The notes beneath the pieces are model-generated. The model saw only the letters and a list, made by a program, of their open reading frames with translations, had not been told where the DNA came from and searched no databases. A program made the translations under genes and the position numbers. From positions 741-64,740 of the forward strand of contig JAUCBJ010000347.1 of NCBI GenBank assembly GCA_032718475.1: a stretch of 64,000 nt of DNA, read 5' to 3'. Each line of letters opens with the position of its first letter. Position 1 is the first letter of the stretch. Source of the DNA: Nemertoderma westbladi (lineage: Eukaryota > Animalia > Xenacoelomorpha). This document shows, in pieces, positions 1 to 11,627 of the stretch.

Positions 1-1482
1 GATGTGAACGACACTGATCAATCTGAGATGGAAGGATTCTATACGGACGAGTTCTCCGACCAAAACGAATCCTGTTACCTAATAAACACCACCGCAGTGT
101 ATCGAGCACTCGTACATGAGAAAGACACAGACAGCGACCTTACCTTAACTACTTCCGATCAACAACCATCTTGGAAAGCGCTAACTTCCAATATAGGAAT
201 CCGAGAATTTCCTGTAGTCCAGTTACGGGTCCACGGACCTCAGAAGAGCTATATAGTGAACGCCCTCCTGGACTCCGGCAGCACAGGAACATTCATCGAT
301 AAAGAGTTAGCCGAAGATATATTTGCTGGACAACCCAAGTTCCAAACTAAGCTCAACATGTCGGGCATTATGCAAGTTTGGAAATATACAATAACAGCTG
401 ATTATTATGTCGGAGCGTTGTCCACCCCCCAGGACGAATTAGGAGAACACAGCATAAGGTCAGTGAAAATGGTGGCTATAAAGAACTTCGCTACTACTCA
501 AGCAGACCTTTATAATTGGGACGAGGATGAGAGCATCCAACATCTTAACATACCTCGATTCCAGACTGATTATCCTGGAGTGCAAATACTCATCGGCCAA
601 AACGCGCATGAGGCGCTGGAGACATTAGAGAAACGACCTGCTCAACCGCAGCCACTACAGACCTATGCGGTAAGAACTAGAGTAGGTTGGTACCTTACTG
701 GACCTTCCCGTAGAACGCTCAGGGAAAGACTGCTTCAAGATCGTGTCTGCCAGGTGAGTGAATGGGAAGACGATACTAGTGAGGGAGACGACCCAACTGA
801 GGGAACACCACACTCCTCAGATAATGACAATCTTAGCTCCAATGTAGATCAATGGAGATATTGCCCCAAGAAGTTTAATCCAACGGACATCGCTTCCAGA
901 GGAACAACTCCTCAAGAACTGACAGATACTATAGACCGGTTAGGTGAACCCGACTTCCTGAGTAAGGAGAATGAATGGCCTCCCCATCTTACTCCGACTG
1001 AGATTAGACCAGCCAAGGGAGCGGAGAAAGTCGAACCTGAAACGCGGACGGGTGGATCGGAGTTATTTGAACCCGGGATAGATCTGTCGGTATTACATGT
1101 TGCCAGGGACGACGCCGTGGATCTGGGCCTCCCCACCGCGAGTGGATCCTTCATGAAGATCAGAGAGAGCGATTGGAGCTCTGGAACATCAGATGTCTCG
1201 CAGGGACTCTCACCTCTCCTGCAGAGAGCGACGGACCACTATAGCTCCTGGAATCGGCTTTGTGACGCCGTCATATACTTTGAGCGATGTTTCTATCGTC
1301 ACTATTCCAGGACGAAGAGGAAACCTGGAATTGTATTCAGGATGCAGCGACTCAATCACCCAGTCGGTCGTTTGTGTTTATCGGAAGGGAATGGAGGACT
1401 CTCCGGAAACTGTGGAAGGCAAGATTCTCTTCCCACGACCACCTCCCTAATCCTTCAAACATCTAGGGACTCCATAACGTAA
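1..1482 (+). mobile_element. BEL/Pao LTR retrotransposon pol, internally deleted (open at window start)
   Basis: ORF has an aspartic protease motif (VNALLDSGSTGTFI) and the BEL motifs ILIG..., YAVRTRVGWYLTG, QWRYCP..FNPTDIASRG and HYSSWNRL. It also has an integrase C-terminal-like HPVGRLCL. No YxDD RT motif or DDE core is visible. Confidence 0.8.
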
Positions 1483-1498
1483 CAACATATGGAGTGGG

Positions 1499-1810
1499 TG
1501 TGTGACTCTATTATTTTATATTATTATTATTATTTTTATATTTATGTATGTATTACTATGTAATTTTATTATAATCGTTTTATTTAATTTAGTAGAATAT
1601 TATTTAGCGATTATTTTGTAGAATAGTGCAATATATTCGTGTTTATTACGTACGTCATTACTTATATTATATTTAGTGCGACGGCGAAGAAATAATTATT
1701 TTTTCTCTTTCCTTACTGTCCGTATTATATTATAAATACGTAACTACAGTAAGATGAAATGTCTGTACTTATTAAAGTACAATAAAGCCACTACTATATT
1801 TAAGTATTAT
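1499..1810 (+). repeat. putative LTR
   Basis: Begins TGTG right after the purine tract GGAGTGGG (1491-1498). Contains TATAAA (~1731) and AATAAA (1781). Followed by the PBS-like TGGTAGGCAGAG at 1811. The 3' end lacks the canonical CA. Confidence 0.45.
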
Positions 1811-4499
1811 TGGTAGGCAGAGTATTAGGAATGCAAAGTTCAGATCCTCGTGTCTCGGCTAAACCAAGCTCTGGGTAGACCTTGGAAACGACTTGCCTCT
1901 TCACACTGACATTGCTTCGTGCGATATTGCTCTCATACCGTATATTAAATAATACATATAGTAGCGTGATGTCCCTTTAACAGTAGCGTATAACGCAAAA
2001 TAAATCTGTTAAACCCTTTGACCATCTGTAATTCTAGTCGATTAAGATATCGCGGCACCCACCGATATACTTGAAAGACAAATTCTAGAATCAGTGGTTA
2101 ACGTCCCCAGACAAGTTCTGGAATAAATCGGTGCCCATCTCAAATATTAATTATTTAATATTTGCAAATCTAATAAATCAAAATCTGTAAAATTCAGATC
2201 CTTCAACAATTCTAGTCAATTAAGATATCGTAGCATTTACCGATATTCTTAAAGAGACAATTTTCTTAGAATTAAGGATCTTGTGTCCCTAGACATGTTC
2301 TAGAATCAAAATATGTCCATTAAATTATCAAATAATAAAATTTCAGGGAATAAATTTAAATTCATGCCTTTTAATGAATTTAATAAATTGCCATTTTACG
2401 CAATTTATAAAAGTTCCCAAAATTCCATTAATTAATAGATCAAGGGAGCGGAGATTTATCTTATCATGCGTATGAGAGTGTGAAAGTCTCCCAAACATAG
2501 TTAATAGCCGATAAAATTCATAAAGTCATGTATAAAACAGAACATTGACTATTAAAGAATTACTATTAAATAACATCCCAGATCTGTATGCATTGGAATC
2601 ACCCTAATTCTACCGCTAGCTTTGCATAATGTCACCATAGCAACAACCACGCTAGAATTAGAATTGAGTTAAAAGAACAATAAAAAGCTTGTCCCATTGA
2701 ATCGCATAGGGAATAAATAGTGCACTGATAGTATCCAAGGATACATAATAATACAGTGACATTCTGGAAGGCATTGACTAACGGACAAGTGACCCGAGTG
2801 TGTGTAATTTGTGACAAGTTGTGTGTGTGGTATTTGTGAGCTTATAGGCGAATGTTACTACTAAGGTGTGTTTACAGTAGCAAGTCGCAATCGTAAAGTA
2901 ACCTAACTCTCCAAGGAAAACCTGAAGTACATCTAAGCCTTTGGGACGGACAGTTGAGTGACTTGTGCCGGTTGTCGTTGTCGTTGTGCGGCTACGTCGT
3001 TGGCGAAAGTACAGCGGCGACGACACATCGGCGCTGAGGATCTCGTACTGTCCGGGGGTTAATTGGAGTAGGCAGCGACGCCCGCTCGCCTAAATGTGGA
3101 CTCATTATAATATGGACAAACTCATATATAGCAGATATGACGGAGTTGATAGAAGATGGTCTTGGTATCGGGGAGCGATATACTCTACTTTTGCAAGCGT
3201 TTGTTGATAGCTTAATACGCGGCGACGTTAGTCCAACTGCTGCGGAGGACGATGGTCGTTATATCGAACCGCCAAGGTCCCAAGAGCAGCTCACGCGTGA
3301 GTTGGACTATAGAAAATTCGCTGCTCGATATACGCAGCGTAATGGTACGTATATGGGCTTCTTAACTACTGGTCATCCTATCGATTTACACAATACGGAC
3401 TATGTCGACTATATATCCTGCCCAGCGGAGTCGGAACCATAAACTGAAATTCGAATGCGAAAATTCTATTCGAAATCGACTCGAAAGAAAAGACACTAAA
3501 GAAACAAATGGACGCGGTAACTCCAACGTATATTTGGAATTCTTGATAGAAGCATTGTAACAACAAATAAATATCACCCGCGTTTACCCTACCAGACGTG
3601 CGTCTTTGGTATTATTACGATAAATGCCCTAGACCCAACTAATAAACGGAAAGACATAAACATCCACGTAAACCGAAACTTGTTGACGTATCACCTATGC
3701 TCACTCGGCTCGAACGATCCTGGAGTAAACCTACGATCAGAGTCCCGGAATACTCGGTCAAACCTCCTCATTCCTTAGTTGGACCTCAGACCTGCGATCT
3801 TGGTGGTGTCGCGGATCCTCGCGGACTGTATTCACTGTTCAAAGATCTAGTGCTACCCTAACAATTAATCGGTAACACTCCGACAGTGATTTCTAGCTAG
3901 CCGCCCATCTTACCTAGCCGGATTGTGACGCGGACACCTAATATCACTATCCAACCGTATGGTCGTCCCGTTTAACGCGATACAACCCTTCATCAAGGTG
4001 AAGGAGAGCGTTGTACGAAACGAGTTAAACGCTATTTTATAAAGATCAAAAAGGAAACCTGCGTTTGTTCAGATAAACGTAAGTTATAACAGTGAGTCCA
4101 ATCGATACACGAATTGGCCTTATCTCAATTCGATTGGGAAATCCAGAATCTCTAAGAAGTTATCGAACTTGGACGATCTTATTCTCTGCGAGAGTTTTTG
4201 GATGAACGTATCCAGCTACGAGCGGAGGAAAATCAGCTCGAGGAGAAGCATATCGAAACGGCAGATACCTCGACCACAATCCTACACCTTCTGATGCAAT
4301 CATATTGCACCCTTCACCCAGGAGTTATGGCCCTCCTAGTAAAGTGGCTCCCCCCAAAGAGAAAAAGACTCTTGCTAGCCTCAAAAAACTGCGTAAACGC
4401 CGTCTGCGTAAGAAAGACTAACTGTTTAGAGTATCTTTGTGTTTTAGAAACTGTGATTTTTATATTTTATAGACTGAAAATCCCATTTTCTGGGAGCGG

Positions 4500-5163
4500 T
4501 GTAAAAGCCTTTGCTGAATTGCCCCGTTATTTTTATTATCTTTTACATTAAAATACTCCGTAGTTGATTTAATAAGTGTAAGGGACCGTATTATTGCTGT
4601 ATCTGTGTTTTTAGAGGATCTAAGACCTATTTCCTCCGTATGTGTACTGTGAAAGGCATATTTTATGATTCTATGGCAATTCGTGACGCAAAAGGGTGAT
4701 AGCTACTCTTGAACAGTAGTTACTATGACTACGGTTAACAGCTGACATTCATACGTGTTGATTTCCTTTGTTCTACGGCGTCTCTCAGTTCAGTCAGCCA
4801 ATGAGAGCGTTTTTGTGGCTCCTTGTACAGAGAATTTCCGAGAAATGACGCAATGCCTATGTGCAGTGCTTACATTCAGTCTTGAGCCAAAGAAAGAACG
4901 GCTTAGAAATATTTTGTGCTGTACTGCTTTTTAGTCGTACACTGGTAGGTTTAATTATAAAGGGCATATATCCTTTAACAAACGGACTGACGGAACTGCA
5001 TGCCTATGTGCACTGACATACCGGTGCTGATTTGTTGTTTTATACTGCTATTTGCTGTCAGTTCTTCATAATATGGTTGATGAATTATTATATTTGGAAT
5101 AACGATAAACAACCCCGAAACCCAATGTTCTTGATATACCGAAGGTAAGAGAGAAGGGTTACA
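4500..5163 (+). repeat. putative LTR (TGTAA...TTACA)
   Basis: Purine tract GGGAGCGG immediately precedes TGTAA at 4500, and the segment ends GGGTTACA at 5163. An alternative start TGTAAGGG lies at 4577. Confidence 0.4.
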
Positions 5164-5897
5164 GATAAACGATTGTGACTTATGTTAAAGTGGTTTGAAG
5201 TGAATCTAATGTTATTTGATAGACCCTACATGAGTCAGCCTGTGTTCCTTTTATATGTGACTAAAATCAGTGAAGATTGTCAGATTAGTGTGCAGTATTG
5301 TGCAGCAGTGTGTATGAGTGAGTCTGTTAAAGAAGCATTCCTAAAGAATGCGCCATATATGTGGATTATAATTAAGCCATATCGTTGCGAGTAGTTTAAG
5401 TCATAACTCTGTTTATGTAGATAAAGCGCCACGTCCTAAAGGAACTGTTAATATTACCGAAGGTGAATAATATTGTCAGAGATTATATAATACTGTCAGT
5501 CGAATAATACATTAGGCTTACATAGCAATAAAAATTAAACCGTCGAACCCAATCTCCCGGGAATTTCCAGCGGGTGAATGGTCGCGCACGGATTGGTTTC
5601 GACTAGTGTAGTGAATCAAATACTTGTCATAGACTAAAAAGCAGATTTATTATCTAGAAGACATTCTAATTTGGCGGGTTAAACTGCCAAAGGTCTGAAA
5701 GCGCGAACAAAATTATCTATTGATAGAATGGGGGTGGCAATCCACAGTATTGTGATGATACTAAATCGATGTAAATCTGCCATATAAAAGTTAGACATCA
5801 TGTATGTATAGTAGAGTCCCAGCAATGGCAATGTTTGGTATTGGATATTTAGACCAATCGAAACTGAAATTGCCACCCACCAGACTCCGCTGATAAC

Positions 5898-6089
5898 ATT
5901 TTCAAAATGGTCCAGGCAAACACATGACGACTGGGTGACCTTGTAGTCCTGAAGGTTAATGATTCGATCACATTACTCCCACAAGACAGTATGCCGTTTG
6001 AAACTTTAAAAAAACTATTTACAAACACCAGTTGATGTGAATGTTCTGGACAATTTTGGACATTTATGGGTCTCATATTCCTATGGCAT
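5898..6089 (-). pseudogene. degraded THAP-like domain (P-element-type transposase N-terminus)
   Basis: One frame with several stops reads MP*...C...FF*SF...W...DYKVTQSSCVCLDHFEN, resembling the THAP 'VCxxHF' signature. Confidence 0.3.
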
Positions 6090-6473
6090 CAGGAGCTTGG
6101 ACTTGCACTTTCCAAATATCAATAATTAGGCTAACTAATGAGGCAATATGGATTATGGCTATTGTAGCCTATCAGAGCAGCTTAGAGATATAAATTACAA
6201 ATAATACTACCTACCCTAGACCTACATCGCTCATGAAATATAGAACAGTATCAAATTACTGGAAAAAAAATTCCATTATAAATTAAGGTGGAATATTATT
6301 ATTAGTAAGGTGGAGTATATTAACATAATTCATTATGAATTATGTTAATATAACGGGACAAATTGAGAAATCAGAAATAACAACCAGGGAACTATAGGAT
6401 TTAACATTGAGACAAAATATTAATTAAAATTTCACAATCCAAAATATAAACATTAATAAAAATAATAATCTAA

Positions 6474-7153
6474 AGCCTGGTTCACAATCTTGTGTAGCTA
6501 CACTTGTGTAGTAGAAAACACATTCTACACAAGGTATTGTGTAGTGAATGTTCACAGCTTTGTGTATTTAGTCTTGTGTATTCTACGATTATATTCGTAA
6601 AATGGCAGATAATTATGATCTTGTTGCGGTAATTACAGCTACCAAATGTATAATGGAAGCAAAACAAATAATGAGGAAAAGGAAAAGAAGGTGGTGGGTG
6701 CGGCCTGCTTAAACAGAAACGAAATGATTTCGGACTTCTATTAATAAGAGTTCATCAAACTTTCTTTGCACTTCCTTTGCACTAGACGCCATTATTTATA
6801 TCACGTTGGTACATAAATGTTAAATGTATAGTTTTTCTATTAAACTGAACAGGTGAATTGACGCGTAGAAACCAGAGAAATCTATACCATACACGAATCG
6901 ATAATGATAAAATCAATAGACAATTATTTACCTAAATAGCCCAATATTGTCAATATGCCTTGTGTAGTTCCCAAAAAGTTGAATTTATTTCAACCCTTGT
7001 GTAGTTGCAAAATTACACATACACAAGGCCTTGTTTAGTTACTACACAATACCTCGTGTAGAAAAACGACTACACAAGTGTAGCTACACAAGGCTTTTGG
7101 TGTAGTAGCTACATACGTGTGTGTAACAACTACACAAGATTGTGAACCAGGCT
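6474..7153. mobile_element. non-autonomous PIF/Harbinger DNA transposon
   Basis: 24-bp TIRs AGCCTGGTTCACAATCTTGTGTAG / CTACACAAGATTGTGAACCAGGCT with a TAA TSD on both sides. Internally it carries MRKRKRRWWVRP (transposase start, +) and FDELLLIEVRNH (MADF-like start, -). Confidence 0.85.
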
Positions 7154-8199
7154 TAAGTAAAAATCCGTTAGTGCTGCTGTTAAAGTTCGGAGACATTTAA
7201 TAACACTCCGTTACCAAGATAGGGAGGGGGGGGGGGAGTTGTGTGTCCTGAGTAGCAGTGGGTTGACAGTGATATTTGTTAATAAAACATGTTTCATGAC
7301 TATGTACGAAAAGTAATATAATAATAGAAAGAATATAAAGGTAATACCCACAAGACAGCAACACCAAACCAATATATATGAACATACTAAATACGAGATT
7401 ATACAACAGCTAAAACAACTGAGAGTCGAATCACCAACTATAGGCCAATAACACAGAGTTTAGATTCGGCCAATTATACAATATAATCATTCATTTGAAT
7501 ATCACATTTAATGAGTTAATCATAACAATATTGAGGGCATTCCCAATCTGGACCAGAATACCAAGGCACACTGACGAAGGAAGGATGATAAATGTGGGTC
7601 ACCCGATATACACCCTTTAAAATCAAAATATTGTTTTATTGCTATATTTTTCACTCTACCCAACAGCATGTATTGTATAGTAACGACGCCACAGGTGAGC
7701 CATAAATTGCATCTATTTCGATAACAGCACATTTGAAATTTTGATAACCATGGGGCACATTTCCACAAATTAGTTTTGTGATGTAGTTCTGGCCTACAAA
7801 AAAATAATAAATAAGTAATAATAAAAAGTTGTTTGAATTTGGAAATCTAGACTTTCATATTTATGTTACACTCGTAATATAAAGTTAATTTATTCTGAAT
7901 GTGAAAAACTGTATAATATTTTGTTTCTTATTTTCAGTTGTTCAACTAAATACATAATTAACATAACTTAACATAAATAGTAGTTCATGTTGTATTCAAA
8001 TGCATAATAGGCTATTTTATTGTAAAGTTTAACATGTGCAAAAACTAGGGTTGGAATTGTCAGACTGTCAGAATTATATATATTCATAGCTTAGTATTGA
8101 TGCACCAGTAAGTCTCCGTAAAATGTTGTCCCATACTGGAGGTCATATATAAAATGCATAAAAACTGGAATCCCCACTATCAATCATAGTTGGTAGAAC

Positions 8200-9330
8200 A
8201 ATCGATGTAGGCTGTACCATTTGCAGACTCACAGCAACGACATGCCGCTAGCAGGCCATGCACAACTCAGTCTTGAAACTAGCACCAAATCATATCAGCT
8301 GTGGTACATCCAGGGGGGCCGAGGCAGCACTAAACAATCCTAGTCAATATCTTCAGGAAACAAGAGGAGCCAAAATGAAGGACCCCAATGGATTTTGTAA
8401 ATGCCTTCAACAGTGCACTTCAAACAATCTCCCACCCTAATCTTGCTCACCAGGTATATGAGCAACCACTTATAGAGACACCATCATTCCCTCAGATGAT
8501 AACAACGTGCAATAATGTGATACCCTTGGCATCTCTGCCTTCTAGCAATCATTAATGAGTTTGTGACAAACCTAACTGCCCTCCTAATTATCTGGTATCT
8601 AGATGACATTTGTTGTAAACCTACACCAAGTCATCAGAATGGCTCTGGACATGACACATCTCCCCCCTAAACAAATCCGATACCCAACCTTTATTAGGTA
8701 CAGAGAGCATAGGCCACCTACTTAACCCCATCCAGTTTGTGGTACTACTCATAACCACCAACCAGGGCAGATTACTCGGAGTGGCTAAATGCCATACCCA
8801 TATATTCCCTAGGAATTTAGGGAGACAAACTAGCTCTCAGCCACTGCACTACGTTCTTTACTGGGCATGAGTGTAGAGGCTGTGGCACACAGGTGAATAT
8901 ACCACAGGCATCCATGTGCTAAGTTTTATGTACAACTATGGCAAATACACCCTCCTCACTAGAGCGAATTACATTATCCACTGCAGGTATTCCATCCACT
9001 TTATAACATTGAAGCATGACAAAGTATGGGAAAGACAAGGGCTTAACCATGGTCGAAAGACAGGATGCTAGTGTGAGATACTTGCAGGTATATCCTTGCA
9101 TCATCTTACCTCCCAGAACTCCGGCAGAACAACTACTGAAGACCAACAAATTTGCTAATCTATATCATGATGACTACTTTGTAACCATCACCATTGAGAC
9201 TCTTGGCCCTATACATGAAGAAGGCATCAGCACAATAGGTGAGATTGGGAGGAGGATTGCCCATTCCCATTCCACAGCCTACAAGGACTATCAATGGCAG
9301 TCGTATGAGGACTTGCCACTACAGTCCTTG
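8200..9330 (+). mobile_element. degraded CRE-like non-LTR retrotransposon
   Basis: Broken motifs appear in the expected order: GAEAA, VQ*CDTLG (QGDPLG-like), WYLDD (~8593), WLNAIP, and FVTITIETLGP (REL-endonuclease end). Confidence 0.55.
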
Positions 9331-10599
9331 GCACATCTTCTCACACATAAGACTAGAAAAAGTTTTCTTACTCCAAAAGAAAACTCCGAACCCACTCACC
9401 ACAAATTATCTGTAATTAGTTAAATCATTTTATGCTCATTATTTAACCTGTTGTTGTGCTATTAGTGAGTGTAACATTTGGCTAAGTATTGGTAGTGATT
9501 TTCATTATTTCAGTCACATTGCTAATACTGACTGTAGAACTATGTATTTCTGTAAAACATTATTGTTATTATTATTATCATTATTATTATTATTATTATT
9601 ATCATTATTGTTGCTTTGTCACTAACTTTACCTTACTTACATATTTGATGGTTTGTATATGATACGTTATTCTATTAATATCTATTTATAACTATTATTT
9701 ATATTTTTGCTTTGTCACTAACTTTTCCTCACATATGATAGTTTTTACAAGATATGTGATTCTATTTATATCCATTTAGCTACTTTATTTTATAGTATAA
9801 ATAAATATATTATGGGAATTAAAAACGAAGGCTATTTGAGATATAATATAAATTATCACATTTAATCTATACTCCATTAACCCGCTTATCTGTATCCCAC
9901 TGAATATTTATGTGTAATTGAACCTAATTGTATTTACTAATTGTGCATTTATTGTGAGTTAATTTGTGATTTATCAATTGGTGTTTCCCTTGTATACATT
10001 TTAAATTTATCTTTCCTTGTAACAATTGTTATCAATAAAATGTAAATGAATTGAATACCGAACTCGTATGGAGAAGGTTCGGCAATTAACCTGCAACACA
10101 TGTTTGGATATATTAAAACTGGTATACACTAAAAAGGGGTTCATTATTTCTATTGTATGCTTATATACTAGGCAGGACAATTTTTATAAAAAAATCACAA
10201 CAATTCGAAATAAAAGTCAGAGTTAAACCAGAAGTTTTGTCCAATTATCAATAGATACTCAATGTAAACTTAAATGAAGACTGTCAATAATAGTGCAGTG
10301 GATAATTAGTATGCACTAATGTTTGAAGCACTAATTTTTTGGTCCTTTTTTGGTTCTACTAACCATTTTGGTTGGGTATGGACATTGGACATGCCACTCT
10401 GCCGTATACAAAACCGCAGGGTAGTATCAAAACTTATATCTAAGCCTATTGAAACTTATAAAATTAAATATGTTTTAATAATAATTGTGCTTATGAACAC
10501 TGCGGTAGAGAACCATGTTCTTAGAGACTCTGGGCCAGACTACCTTTTTTGGTAGGATCACTGTGAGGATTAATTACATACAATCTTACCACTCTCTGA

Positions 10600-11130
10600 G
10601 CTAAATAAGTAAACTAAAGGTCATGTTATTCCCCCAGACGTCGTATAACAGTTGTAGAGTGATTGATTTGGAGCTCAAAGGATCGCTGTTGACTATAGGC
10701 GGATATTTGTAGATGTGTGAGAGAAAAGTGAGTGAAGAGTCAAAAGTCGAACCATTATTAAAGGGGGTTAAATACTTATAAGTGCGAATAGAGGATGCCA
10801 TTATTATGAAGGCAAGACATTCCATATAGTATTTATGTTCAAAGATTCTCAGCAACCAACCCATCCAATGTATCTAAAGATTACCATATGAAGATCGTGT
10901 CTCTCCTAAGCAATGAGCTTGGTATCGTCATAGGCCTGGTAAGGAATATGATTGGTACTGAGCTTAATCTGAACCACAATTTTACTAACCATGGTATCCA
11001 AAATATGATCTGATTCACCACCTCTGTCGACCACTACAAGGAGACTACCGTACCGGTAAGGGGATCTGTAAGAAGCATATTTGAAGTGGAAACAGAAACC
11101 TAGCTATTCGAATCGTCTGGAAGACGACCG
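10600..11130 (+). mobile_element. possible Crypton-type tyrosine recombinase remnant
   Basis: Frameshifted pieces AWYRHRPG, FTNHGI (~10981) and SGNRNL resemble the Crypton/DUF3504 motifs WY..P.G, FTNHS.R and SGH.N. Confidence 0.3.
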
Positions 11131-11627
11131 GCTTGAAAAAGACGAATAAGTCAGAATAATCTAATTAATATTTGAGCCGTTTGCAGTATCCTTGCAAATA
11201 TTTCTAGTAGCTTCATGCAGTAATAGAGGGGAAGGGCAAATAATTATTTATATAGTTCAATGATAGTCATGCAGATAGACACACAGTCTCATATATATCA
11301 AACCATCATCACATAATAATTAGTATCTTTTATATAATGTATCAATCTAGTAGTAGTTGCTCTCGGTCTCCAGTAATAGATTAAAATCCCAGTGCTGATA
11401 AATCTCTTGTTAACAAATAAAATTACAAAACTCCACAGCGCTACACCAAGATGTTATCACCCCCATACGGACGCGCTATTTTGATACATTATGTAAACTT
11501 TTTTACATTTAAAGGGAAGGAAATTTTTTAATTAGCATCTTTCTTTAGATCTGCTAATAACTATTAATTATTATTAGTTATATTTTCATGGTATTATTTT
11601 GTTGAAGAATCAGCGGTTTTCAGAAGA

